A DNA stretch of 64,000 nucleotides, taken from contig CAVVMJ010000010.1 of NCBI GenBank assembly GCA_963749445.1, positions 181,738 to 245,737 of the forward strand, in the 5' to 3' direction. The notes beneath the pieces are model-generated. The model saw only the letters and a program-made list of their open reading frames with translations. It searched no databases and had not been told where the DNA came from. Shown one piece after another: positions 47,298 to 56,474 of the stretch (within the stretch, counting starts at the first letter, position 1; each line of letters opens with the position of its first letter). The stretch comes from an uncultured bacterium (GTDB lineage Bacteria > Patescibacteriota > Doudnabacteria > UBA920). The position numbers and the translations under genes were made by a program.

Positions 47298-48428
47298 TTA
47301 CCCTCTAACAACATTAGCCAACAACGGGGTTGGTACAATGATGAATTTTTTGACTTTTCCTTTTTCCAAGTATACCAAATCCTCAATCCTAATGCCGCCG
47401 AGTTTGGGAATGTAGACGCCGGGTTCTATGGAAAAAACCATCCCGTCTTTTAATATGTCTTTTGATCCCGGTGATAAATTCGGCAGCTCGTGGATTTCCA
47501 GGCCCGTACCGTGACCGAGGCTGTGGATAAAATATTTATCGAGGTGTTTTTCTTTTAAAACATCCACGGATTTTTGATAGACATCTCCTGCAATAATCAT
47601 CGACGGCACGCCGCGGCGTGCCGCTACATTGGCTGCCTGTGTAGAGGCATGCCGCAGCATGCCTTTTTCGTCAATAAAATTAATAGACTCATTATACGCC
47701 TTCTCCACCTGATTATAAGCCATTTCCAGGCGCTTGGGAACTGTTTTCAAAAATACGGTACGGGTAAAATCACTGCAATAATTTTTGTATTTAAAGCCAA
47801 AATCCAAAATAATAGACTCCCCTGCCCGCAGAAGCTTATTCGACGGAACATGATGGGGAACGGCGGCATTTGCTCCGCTGGCCACAATCGGGGGAAAAGA
47901 AACGTCTTCGGCGCCTAATTTTATTCCTGATGATTTGATAAAATTCGCCAACTTAATTTCCGTCATTCCCGGTTTTTTTATTTCCCTGCGTACCTGCCCA
48001 AACACTTTTTCCACTATTTGCATCGACTTTTTTACCAATCCAATTTCTACGTTATCCTTAACCATCCTAAGACGGTCAACCGGATCGTGCTTGATGACAA
48101 CTTTAAGTTTCAGTTTGGGATTTTTATGCTTTATATATTTTACTTCCGCGTACGTAAATTCCCCAAACACTTCCAGGGTCTGATTTTTTGGCACATACAT
48201 TCCAACATTCTTAAAAAAATCAGAATGTACTCCTTCTATTTTCTCCAACCCATCCCCCAAAAACACCACGTCCGTCTTTGTCCGTTTCCTGTCCGCCGCA
48301 GTCGGTTTTACCAGCAAATACCCCGCCAAAAAAGAACGACCTGTCAAATACAACAGGTTTTCTTTTTTCTTTATAAGCAACGGATTACGCAGAGCCTCCG
48401 CTAATTTAATTAGGCGTTTTTTATTCAT
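47298..48428 (-). CDS. pepP: Xaa-Pro aminopeptidase (M24 family)
   Basis: 376 aa; HGTGLEIHE, GMVFSIEPG, IRIEDLV metal-binding blocks of M24B. Confidence 0.8.
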   Translation of the reverse strand: MNKKRLIKLAEALRNPLLIKKKENLLYLTGRSFLAGYLLVKPTAADRKRTKTDVVFLGDGLEKIEGVHSDFFKNVGMYVPKNQTLEVFGEFTYAEVKYIKHKNPKLKLKVVIKHDPVDRLRMVKDNVEIGLVKKSMQIVEKVFGQVRREIKKPGMTEIKLANFIKSSGIKLGAEDVSFPPIVASGANAAVPHHVPSNKLLRAGESIILDFGFKYKNYCSDFTRTVFLKTVPKRLEMAYNQVEKAYNESINFIDEKGMLRHASTQAANVAARRGVPSMIIAGDVYQKSVDVLKEKHLDKYFIHSLGHGTGLEIHELPNLSPGSKDILKDGMVFSIEPGVYIPKLGGIRIEDLVYLEKGKVKKFIIVPTPLLANVVRG

Positions 48429-48820
48429 TGCTTATTACCTGTTTTCTCTAAGCGATCCAAAAAAGCTTTGAACACCCGCAAGCTGCCTTCGATGGAATCA
48501 AGGTTGGATTTATCCTGTTCATTAAGTTTGTTTTGGCCGATGCTCACCTTCAGGTCTTCTATCACCCCTTCTAATTGTTTAACTAACGGAGTCATCGCAT
48601 TTTTCTTTTCTTCCGCGGCCAAATCGCCGGTTTGAAGTTTTTGTAGTTCAGGTAAAATATAATCACTTATTCTTTCAAAGGAACTCTCCAAAGCCCGAAC
48701 CAGTTCTCGGGAATAAGGTTTTTCTTGAGGTAACCCAATAGTTCTTCTGTCAGGACCGCGTCGAGATACAATATCCATTTTATAGTAATTTATTTGATAA
48801 ATAATTTTGCAATTCCTCAA
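48425..48820 (-). CDS. hypothetical protein
   Basis: 131 aa helical ORF overlapping glyS 3' end. Confidence 0.35.
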   Translation of the reverse strand: MRNCKIIYQINYYKMDIVSRRGPDRRTIGLPQEKPYSRELVRALESSFERISDYILPELQKLQTGDLAAEEKKNAMTPLVKQLEGVIEDLKVSIGQNKLNEQDKSNLDSIEGSLRVFKAFLDRLEKTGNKQ

Positions 48821-50177
48821 TCTTCACCCTCGCCTGCTCTTTGCTGTCGCGGTCGCGGACGGTGACATCGCCTTTCTCCAAAGAGTCAAAATCCACGGTA
48901 ATGCAAAACGGGGTGCCGATTTCGTCCTGGCTGTAATAACGTTTGCCCACGTTACCGCGGTCGTCCCAGGCAATGGGACCAAGTGCTAAGTTACTAGTGC
49001 TAAGTGCTAAGTAGATTTCCTTGGCTTTAGCTACCAATTCAGGCTTATTTTTTAGCAACGGAAAAACCGCAACTTTATACGGCGCAAGTTTGGGAGGCAA
49101 TGATAAATAAACGCGGTCAGCATCTTCGCGGTAAAATTCACACAATACCGCCAAAACGCTTCTATCCACGCCCCAAGTCGGCTCAATTACGTGAGGGAGA
49201 TATTTTTCGTTGGTCTGCGGGTCGGTGTAGCGTAAATCATGGCCCGATGCTTTTTGGTGCTGGGATAAATCGTAATCCGTGCGGTAAGCCAAGCCGTATA
49301 ACTCCGATTTTCCAAAAGGAAAATCATATTCAAAATCTATGGTGCGCTTGGAATAAAACGCGCGGTCGCTTTCCGGCACTTCCAATTCGTGAATGTGCGC
49401 GATGTCTATGCCAAGATCGTTTTGTATCCAATCCAGCATATCGCGCCGCCAGAGCTCAAAATATTCGTCCCAGTCCTCGTCGGTTTTAGGCGGCTCAATA
49501 AAATACTCAATTTCCATTTGCTCAAATTCGCGCGTGCGGAAAATAAAATTTCCGGGCGTAATTTCGTTGCGGAACGCCTTGCCGATTTGCGCGATGCCGA
49601 AAGGAATAGTCTTTCTGGCCGTATCCAAAACATTTTTAAAATCCACAAACATCGCCTGCGCGGTTTCAGGGCGGAAGTAGGCAACTGACTTTTCACCCTC
49701 AACAGGCCCTAAGTTAGTCTTTAACATCATATTAAATTGCCTAACAGGCATAAATACATGTTCTTTTTTTGTGACCGGACAGATTACAAATTCCCGATCT
49801 TCCTTTGAAGCGTTTTGAGGATCATGATAATGTTCAGCCATCATTCTTTGTTTAGCTTCTAACTGATGATCAACGCGAAATCGCTGATGACAATTTTCAC
49901 ACTCTATCAATGGGTCATTGAATTCTTTCAAGTGCCCGCTGGCTTCCCACACGCTCGGCTTCATTATCAAAGCTGCGTCTATGCCGACCATATCGTCGCG
50001 CTGCTGGACAAAGCGCTTCCACCACAACTGCTTGATGTTATTTTTCAGCTCCACCCCGACCGGCCCGTAATCAAAAGAATTGGCAAACCCGCCATAAATC
50101 TCGCTGCCGGGGAACACAAATCCCCGCCTTTTGCAAAGCGATACAATTTTTTCCATTAAGTCATTTTGTTCTGGCAT
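48780..50177 (-). CDS. glyQS: glycyl-tRNA synthetase (alpha2 type)
   Basis: 465 aa; class II motifs, FPGSEIYGGFANSFDYGP N-terminus typical of GlyRS; contains in-frame GTGCTAAGT x3 micro-repeat at 48979..49011. Confidence 0.9.
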   Translation of the reverse strand: MPEQNDLMEKIVSLCKRRGFVFPGSEIYGGFANSFDYGPVGVELKNNIKQLWWKRFVQQRDDMVGIDAALIMKPSVWEASGHLKEFNDPLIECENCHQRFRVDHQLEAKQRMMAEHYHDPQNASKEDREFVICPVTKKEHVFMPVRQFNMMLKTNLGPVEGEKSVAYFRPETAQAMFVDFKNVLDTARKTIPFGIAQIGKAFRNEITPGNFIFRTREFEQMEIEYFIEPPKTDEDWDEYFELWRRDMLDWIQNDLGIDIAHIHELEVPESDRAFYSKRTIDFEYDFPFGKSELYGLAYRTDYDLSQHQKASGHDLRYTDPQTNEKYLPHVIEPTWGVDRSVLAVLCEFYREDADRVYLSLPPKLAPYKVAVFPLLKNKPELVAKAKEIYLALSTSNLALGPIAWDDRGNVGKRYYSQDEIGTPFCITVDFDSLEKGDVTVRDRDSKEQARVKIEELQNYLSNKLL

Positions 50178-50181
50178 AAAT

Positions 50182-50379
50182 TTACTTTTTCTTCTGGAAT
50201 TGCCTTAAATCTTCAAGCAATCTAATGACGTACTCTACTCTATCTTTTTCTGCTTTTACGAGCTCTATTGCCTCAGCTGTATTTCCAATTTTGACACCCC
50301 TTGATTCCGCTAACTTTCTTGCATATTCTAAGGCATTAACTGCCTCCTCCGCCGGATTTCTTACATCTGGATTTGACAT
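50182..50379 (-). CDS. hypothetical small protein
   Basis: 65 aa ORF. Confidence 0.3.
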   Translation of the reverse strand: MSNPDVRNPAEEAVNALEYARKLAESRGVKIGNTAEAIELVKAEKDRVEYVIRLLEDLRQFQKKK

Positions 50380-50401
50380 ATATTTTTAATTAAATTCTTA
50401 T

Positions 50402-51793
50402 TTAATAATGCTCTTTATAATATTTTAGCATATCTTCAAAATAATCGTAAGTGATGGCGGTGCGGATTTTTTTCATTAGGTTTAGATAAAAACGCAGGTT
50501 GTGCATTGTGGCCAGGCGGGTGCCGAGCTGTTCACCGGTGGCAAATAAATGCCGCAGATAAGATTTGGTGTGGTTTAAACACAAGTAGCAATCGCAAGTG
50601 TTGTCTATGGGGGTAAAATCTTCTTTGTATTTTTCCAGGCGGATGTCGATGGTTTGGTAGCCTTCTACAACTCCAACCCCCTCCCCCCGCTTCGCGGGAT
50701 ACTCCCCCTTGTCACCCCTCGACTCCGCTCGGGGTGACCCTGAGCGGTAGCCGAATGAGTCAGGGGGAGAGGCTCCGCGTTTGTTCGAGGATATACGCGG
50801 AGCTTCCCCTCCGAGCTTGGGAGGGGTGGCCGCGCCAGCGGCCTGTTCGACTTCGCTCAAGGCCGCCCTGAGCCCAGCCGAATGGGCGGACGGGGTGGTT
50901 GGAGTCGGAATATTTTTTGCCGCGATATAAAGCCTTCCATGCCTCGCCTCCCTTGTCGGAATAACGCAATCAAAAGTATCGCAGCCGCGCGCCGTACCCT
51001 GGACAATATCGTAAGGCGTGCCTACGCCCAAAAGATGTTTGGGTTTTTGTTCCGGCAAATGCGCTATTGACCACTCCACGGCTTTCATCATTTCTTCAAA
51101 CGGCTCGTCAACCGTGGCTACGCCGCCGATGGCAAATCCTTCAAAACCAAAATTCGCCATCGCTTGGGCGGAAATTTTACGCAAGTCCTCAAAATTCGAA
51201 CCCTGAACTATACCCCAAAGTTTTTGTCCGGAGTTGATGGGGTCGCCGTGCTTCATAATATTTAAATGTTCGCGGATGGCGCGCTCGGCCCAGCGGTTGG
51301 TCAGCTCCGTGGAGATTTTACTTTTTTCATACTCAAACGGCACGCCGGAAAAATCATCCAAAATTAAAGCGATGTCGCTGCCCAGGTTGGCCTGGATTTG
51401 AATGGATTTTTCCGGCGATAAAATTTCCTGTTTGCCGTCCAAATCAAAATTAAACAGCACCCCGGCTTCCATTACCTTTTTAAATTTTGCCAGTGATTGC
51501 ACCTGAAATCCCCCGCTGTCAGTAAATATCGGCCCTTTCCAGTTCATAAATTGGTGCAAGCCGCCGGCTTTATAAATCAGTGCGTCGCCCGGACGTTGCC
51601 ACAAGTGGTAAGTATTAGCGAGTATCATTTCCGCGCCCCAAAATTTTAACTCCTCGCTCGTAACCGACTTAACCGTCCCCCTCGTCCCAATAGGCAAAAA
51701 CGCCGGCGTATGCACATCCCCGTGCGCGGTATGTATTATGCCGTTTCTTGCGGCTGATGAGGAATCTTTTTTTTGGATGTCGAAATAAGGCAT
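50402..51793 (-). CDS. tgt: queuine tRNA-ribosyltransferase with 78 aa in-frame insertion encoded by an extended R1 element
   Basis: 463 aa versus about 375 typical; FLPIGTRGTVK, DSGGFQ, DCVIPTR, CDCYLC zinc site all present; insertion NIPTPTTPSAHSAGLRAALSEVEQAAGAATPPKLGGEAPRISSNKRGASPPDSFGYRSGSPRAESRGDKGEYPAKRGEGVGVVEG. Confidence 0.9.
   Translation of the reverse strand: MPYFDIQKKDSSSAARNGIIHTAHGDVHTPAFLPIGTRGTVKSVTSEELKFWGAEMILANTYHLWQRPGDALIYKAGGLHQFMNWKGPIFTDSGGFQVQSLAKFKKVMEAGVLFNFDLDGKQEILSPEKSIQIQANLGSDIALILDDFSGVPFEYEKSKISTELTNRWAERAIREHLNIMKHGDPINSGQKLWGIVQGSNFEDLRKISAQAMANFGFEGFAIGGVATVDEPFEEMMKAVEWSIAHLPEQKPKHLLGVGTPYDIVQGTARGCDTFDCVIPTREARHGRLYIAAKNIPTPTTPSAHSAGLRAALSEVEQAAGAATPPKLGGEAPRISSNKRGASPPDSFGYRSGSPRAESRGDKGEYPAKRGEGVGVVEGYQTIDIRLEKYKEDFTPIDNTCDCYLCLNHTKSYLRHLFATGEQLGTRLATMHNLRFYLNLMKKIRTAITYDYFEDMLKYYKEHY
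50671..50904. repeat. R1 repeat, extended A-X-B form, in frame inside tgt
   Basis: CTCCAACCCCCTCCCCCCGCTTCGCGGGATACTCCCCCTTGTCACCCCTCGACTCCGCTCGGGGTGACCCTGAGCGG...GAGGCTCCGCG...GCGGAGCTTCCCCTCCGAGCTTGGGAGGGGTGGCCGCGCCAGCGGCC...GGACGGGGTGGTTGGAG. Confidence 0.9.
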
Positions 51794-51805
51794 AAAGAAA
51801 TTGAT

Positions 51806-51956
51806 GCGGAGCCTCCCCTCCTATTCCAAGAATTTCATTAGAACATAGGAGGGGTGGATCGCGAAGCGAGACGGGGTGGTATATAAATTGCCGATAACTA
51901 CCACCTCCCCCGCCTGCGGCGGGTACTCCTCCTATTCTAGGAGGAGAAGCTCCGCG
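51806..51956. repeat. R1 repeat B-spacer-A pair immediately upstream of tgt
   Basis: GCGGAGCCTCCCCTCCTATTCCAAGAATTTCATTAGAACATAGGAGGGGTGGATCGCGAAGCGAGACGGGGTGGTATATAAATTGCCGATAACTACCACCTCCCCCGCCTGCGGCGGGTACTCCTCCTATTCTAGGAGGAGAAGCTCCGCG. Confidence 0.85.
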
Positions 51957-51971
51957 ATTTTGCTCATTAAC

Positions 51972-52004
51972 TATACCAAAACAGCGCCCCGATGTCGAAG
52001 CGCT
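51972..52004 (-). terminator. intrinsic terminator after small ORF 52017..52199
   Basis: minus strand AGCGCTTCGACATCGGGGCGCT GTTTTGG. Confidence 0.5.
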
Positions 52005-52016
52005 ATTTATAAAAAA

Positions 52017-52199
52017 CTAATTTACATTATCTCGAACATCTTTCATTTTTTCCATAAACTCTTTCTTAGAGTTTGCCGTAATGAAAGTGCCGTCTGGAAG
52101 TTCCAACCTAAAAGCTGGCTTGTGAATATCTTTCATTTCCCGAGAAAAATCTCTAGGAGGGGTTTCGTTTGGCATAGGAGCCACTTCTGGTGTAGCCAT
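52017..52199 (-). CDS. hypothetical small protein, co-transcribed downstream of pnp
   Basis: 60 aa ORF 27 bp after pnp stop. Confidence 0.35.
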   Translation of the reverse strand: MATPEVAPMPNETPPRDFSREMKDIHKPAFRLELPDGTFITANSKKEFMEKMKDVRDNVN

Positions 52200-52225
52200 A
52201 AATTTATTTATTCGTTAATTATTTT

Positions 52226-54487
52226 TTATCTGTCAAAATTCCGTCTCGGGGGCCTGCCGCTCGAAGAGTCCGAGCCACGTCGAGGACCAAAGGATGGGCG
52301 CCGCGGGCCGCGGGGGCCGTCAAAACCGCGGTCGTTGGCGGAAGCCGCCAACTGTTCCGCTGTAGCGGCAGAGGCGAACGGTTTGTGGGTCAGATTGATC
52401 CGGCCCTGGTCGTCAATTTCGCTAACCTGCACTTTTAACGTATCCCCGACTTTGACCACGTCTTCCACTCGGCCTACGCGATAATTTGCCAATTGCGATA
52501 TATGCACCAAGCCTTCTTTGCCGGGCAAGACTTCCACAAACGCGCCAAAATCCATAAGGCGGGTAACCTTGCCTTCGTAAATTTCCCCGGCCTGGACTTC
52601 CTTAACAATATTCTGAATCCACTCCACGGCTTTTTTGGACATTTCCGCGTCCGTGGACGTAACCATCACCAGCCCGCTGTCTTCTATATCTATTTTCACG
52701 CCCGGACAATTGGCAATAATTTCGTTGATGATTTTGCCGCCGGCGCCAATGACTTCGCGGATCTTGTCGGGTTTAATCATGAATGATGTTATGCGAGGGG
52801 CGTAAGGAGACAAATCCGGCCGCGGCGCGGCAATGGCTTCCTTCATTTTGCTGATAATGTGAATGCGCGCGGGCTTGGCCTGCTCCAAAGCTTTGGCCAA
52901 AATATCCGCCGACAAACCCTTGAGCTTCATATCCAACTGAAGTGCCGTTACTCCCGTTTCCGAACCCGTAACTTTAAAATCCATATGCCCGTTAAAATCT
53001 TCTATGCCCGCGATGTCCGTGAGCACTTTGAATTTTTCCGGATGTTCTTCGTCCATTACCAAACCCATGGCGCAGCCGCCGATAATTTCTGTAATTGGCA
53101 CGCCGGCGTCCATTAAAGCCAAAGTGGAACCGCAGGTGCTGGCCATAGATGTAGAACCGTTAGACGACATAATCTCCGATACTAATCTCATCGTATATGG
53201 AAAAGTTTCCTGCGGCGGCAAAACGACTTCCACCGCGCGCTCGGCCAGCATACCGTGGCCGATTTCGCGGCGGCCCGGGCCGCGCAGCGGAGCGACTTCG
53301 CCAACAGAGTAACCCGGCATATTATAGTGGTGGATGTAACGCTTGGTGCGGCCTTCGGTGGGGTCTTCCATACCGTCCAAAGTCTGTTCGTCGCCTTTGC
53401 TGCCCAAAGTCACAACCGTTAAAGCCTGGGTTTCGCCGCGGGTAAACAAAGCACTGCCGTGCGTGCGGGGAAGGACGCCGACTTCGCAGGTAATCGGCCG
53501 GGTTTCGGTAAGCTTGCGCCCGTCCACGCGGCGTTCCTTTGTTAAAATCTGCTTTTGCTGATATTTCTTTAAAACTTTATCCACGGCCTTGGCCGCGTCT
53601 TTTTCCACGCTTACGCCTTCAATTTCCCCCAGCGCTGATTTAACGGCTGCCGTAATTTCTTCAGTCAGTTTTTTGATGTTATGCTCGCGCAGCTCTTTGC
53701 CCGTTACATAAATCGCGGCGTCCATTTTATCTTCGGTCAAAAGTTCATTAACTTTATCCATTACGGCCGGGTTGGGCAAAACCGTAATCGGCACTGATTT
53801 TTCTTTGCCGACCTGTTTGGCAAATTCCAACTGGCATTTTACCAGTTCGCCCAAAAACGGCTGCGCGAATTTGATGCCTTCCACAATTTCTTCTTCCGTA
53901 ACCAGCTTAGCGCCCATTTCCACCATTATAATATGTTCGCCCGTGCCGCAAACCACCAAATCCATTGTGGATGTTTCCTGCTGTTTGTGGGTTGGGTTGA
54001 TAATATATTTGCCGTCAACTTTGCCCACGCGAACGCCTGCCACGGGGCCGTCAAAAGGCACGTTAGAAATGGCCAAAGCCATTGAGCAGGCGTTAACCGC
54101 CAGCATATCCGGCTCGTTTTCGCCGTCAATGGACAAAACCATTGCCGTTACCTGCAAATCATTGCGCATGCCGTCCGGAAACAGCGGGCGCAGTGTCCGG
54201 TCAATAACGCGTCCTTTTAAAATCGCGTCGTCCGTTGCCCGGCCTTCGCGCTTAATCCAGCGACTGCCTTTGATTTTTCCGGCCGCGTAAAGCCGCTCTT
54301 CGTAATCCATCAAAAGCGGGAAGAAATCAATTCCTTCCCTGGCCTTGTCGCTCATTATCGTGGTGGCTAAAACCACCGTGTCGCCCACGCGCGCCAAAAC
54401 CGCGGCGCTGGCCTGCCCGGCTAATTTGCCGGTTTCAAAACTAAAATCGGCGTCACCGATTTTTACACTAATCTTTTTTGCTTCCAT
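52226..54487 (-). CDS. pnp: polyribonucleotide nucleotidyltransferase with Arg/Gly-rich C-terminal tail
   Basis: 753 aa; two RNase PH domains, KH (GPGGKIINEI-like) and S1 domains in order; tail GPRGPRRPSFGPRRGSDSSSGRPPRR. Confidence 0.95.
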   Translation of the reverse strand: MEAKKISVKIGDADFSFETGKLAGQASAAVLARVGDTVVLATTIMSDKAREGIDFFPLLMDYEERLYAAGKIKGSRWIKREGRATDDAILKGRVIDRTLRPLFPDGMRNDLQVTAMVLSIDGENEPDMLAVNACSMALAISNVPFDGPVAGVRVGKVDGKYIINPTHKQQETSTMDLVVCGTGEHIIMVEMGAKLVTEEEIVEGIKFAQPFLGELVKCQLEFAKQVGKEKSVPITVLPNPAVMDKVNELLTEDKMDAAIYVTGKELREHNIKKLTEEITAAVKSALGEIEGVSVEKDAAKAVDKVLKKYQQKQILTKERRVDGRKLTETRPITCEVGVLPRTHGSALFTRGETQALTVVTLGSKGDEQTLDGMEDPTEGRTKRYIHHYNMPGYSVGEVAPLRGPGRREIGHGMLAERAVEVVLPPQETFPYTMRLVSEIMSSNGSTSMASTCGSTLALMDAGVPITEIIGGCAMGLVMDEEHPEKFKVLTDIAGIEDFNGHMDFKVTGSETGVTALQLDMKLKGLSADILAKALEQAKPARIHIISKMKEAIAAPRPDLSPYAPRITSFMIKPDKIREVIGAGGKIINEIIANCPGVKIDIEDSGLVMVTSTDAEMSKKAVEWIQNIVKEVQAGEIYEGKVTRLMDFGAFVEVLPGKEGLVHISQLANYRVGRVEDVVKVGDTLKVQVSEIDDQGRINLTHKPFASAATAEQLAASANDRGFDGPRGPRRPSFGPRRGSDSSSGRPPRRNFDR

Positions 54488-54667
54488 TTTTTACCTTCGG
54501 GGTTATGCAGAGCATAGTTGCCTGATTTATCAGGCCTGATAAATCAAACGGCTACATCCAGCAACCTCTTTGCGTTTCGGAAGCTAGGCAAATGAACGAG
54601 ACTGATTAGAGTCTTCGTGATATCTGCCTACCTTCGGAAAGCTTAATTATTTTCAAACAACAAAATC

Positions 54668-55078
54668 CTAAACCGCTTTGTCCTTGCGCCTGGGCAGGCT
54701 GCCCAAAGTTTCTTCCTCAAAGTGCAGCAAGAACGGCTCCGGATCCGGCGTGCTGCCGAACAAAATGTGCTCCACGCTGTTGCGCTGGCCGCGGTTCTTG
54801 CTGGAGCCCACGCCTTTTTTTTGGAACCACTGCCGCCAGGCATTGCTAAAATCTTTGTAACCTTTGCTGCCTTCATCCCCGTATCTGGTGTAAATCACCC
54901 GGTACTTGACCGCGTCGCAAATATTAATGAATTCGCTTTTTTGTTCCAAAGTTAAAAATCCGTTCTTCTGCAACGCCTCTTTAAGCTTTTGGCTTTTGGG
55001 GTCAATGTAAATGGCCTGGCAAATTTCTATGCCCAGTTCAGTCCATTCTTTTTCAAATTGTTCAATGTCTGTATCCAT
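54668..55078 (-). CDS. hypothetical protein between rpsO and pnp
   Basis: 136 aa ORF; no motifs. Confidence 0.4.
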   Translation of the reverse strand: MDTDIEQFEKEWTELGIEICQAIYIDPKSQKLKEALQKNGFLTLEQKSEFINICDAVKYRVIYTRYGDEGSKGYKDFSNAWRQWFQKKGVGSSKNRGQRNSVEHILFGSTPDPEPFLLHFEEETLGSLPRRKDKAV

Positions 55079-55147
55079 ATTGGTATTATGTGGAAGCGAA
55101 GCTAAACGCGAATTAATTCTTACGCGAATTCGCGTCTGTTTTCGCTT

Positions 55148-55423
55148 CTATTGTACGGTAATTTTTAACTTGAGTTTGTCCGAAATTTTTTCAAACCGCT
55201 TTTGGTCTTCGTTCTTTAAATAACGCAGCAAACGGCGGCGGTTGCCGACCATCTTTAGCAAGCCGCGACGGGAATGGTTGTCTTTGCGATGAGTTTTAAG
55301 GTGCTCGCTGACCTGCTCAATTTCGCGGGTCAAAATGGCAATCTGCACTTCCGGACTGCCCGTGTCGTCCTTATGGATCTGGTATTTTCTGATAATGGCG
55401 TTCTTTTCTTTGGGGGTAAGCAT
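55148..55423 (-). CDS. rpsO: 30S ribosomal protein S15
   Basis: 91 aa; [48 protein letters not shown] canonical S15. Confidence 0.9.
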   Translation of the reverse strand: MLTPKEKNAIIRKYQIHKDDTGSPEVQIAILTREIEQVSEHLKTHRKDNHSRRGLLKMVGNRRRLLRYLKNEDQKRFEKISDKLKLKITVQ

Positions 55424-55675
55424 TGGTTCTTTCTGCCTGATGTAGTGCAGGCCATCGGCCTGCTTTCAGGGTCTGCACGTGATGAGTAGCAAAATATAAT
55501 TTAAAAATAGAATAATAGAAAATTTAAAGATTCCTTATCTTTTAATCTTTAAATTTTCAAATCTTTCTATTTTTTAAATTGCTTTTTAACTCATCCGTGG
55601 ATTAAAAATTGTACGCTAATTATACACTACCCAACCAAAACAAGCAAATTTGGCTTATTCAAGGCTGTTTTATTA

Positions 55676-55704
55676 TTGACAACTTTCCTATTTTGTGCTA
55701 TAAT
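55676..55704 (+). promoter_or_regulatory. consensus sigma70 promoter
   Basis: TTGACA (55676..55681), 17 nt spacer, TATAAT (55699..55704); followed by a 160-nt hairpin-rich leader and AGGAGG RBS. Confidence 0.6.
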
Positions 55705-55872
55705 ATAAAGATATAATTTCAAATTAATAACAGAGCTTGTTTGGCCGTTTTTTGGCTAAATTCGCTCTCCAGTTAGTTGGAAATCGATGCGCCGACATAC
55801 GAAACTTGAGTGTCGGCAAACATTCACGTTTTTCAAAAATATCCGTCCGGAAGACGGATCATAGGAGGTTCC

Positions 55873-56241
55873 GTGAACAAGTCTTTGATGTTGTTGATTC
55901 CAGTCAGTGTAATCGCACTTTTGATTGCGCTGGCTTTTAGCGGCGTCGATTTCTCGGCAGTGCGGGTCTATGCTGCTCTACGGCCAGACAATACTGCCAA
56001 GGTCACCCTTCCTGGCAAATCTGCAACAACAGCCGCGGTGCGGGTGATCGATGGCGAGAGGGTAAGGCTCGAAATCAGGCAAGACGCCTGCGTCGAGTCC
56101 TTCCTCTATACTGACCAAGGGGAAAAACGCATATTGTCCCATGAGGGCGGAGAATGCGCTCCCGAAAGGGTCCCGATGGCCCGCCTGACGGGCTACATCC
56201 ACAGAATCAAAGAGACCATCTTTAACTCCGACAAGAAGTAG
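55873..56241 (+). CDS. hypothetical membrane-anchored protein (GTG start after AGGAGG), GC-rich
   Basis: VNKSLMLLIPVSVIALLIALAFSG TM anchor; GC content clearly above neighbours; followed by perfect 17-bp-stem hairpin TAGTCCCAATTTTAACG acc GTTAAAATTGGGACTA at 56327..56362. Confidence 0.45.
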   Translation: MNKSLMLLIPVSVIALLIALAFSGVDFSAVRVYAALRPDNTAKVTLPGKSATTAAVRVIDGERVRLEIRQDACVESFLYTDQGEKRILSHEGGECAPERVPMARLTGYIHRIKETIFNSDKK

Positions 56242-56474
56242 CCGGAGTTTGAGGGCCTGGGGCGACGACTGAATGCGAAAGCAAACAGTTGACGCCCCCG
56301 GCCCTCTTCAATTTGCCTAAATTTTTTAGTCCCAATTTTAACGACCGTTAAAATTGGGACTATTTGGAAATTAAATATTGCAAAAAATTTTCCACCGCGC
56401 TGTAGCCAGTCAATTTCTCAAACGATTTCAGCCCGATCCAACGGCTGACTTTCAAAGACATAAATCTGACTTAT

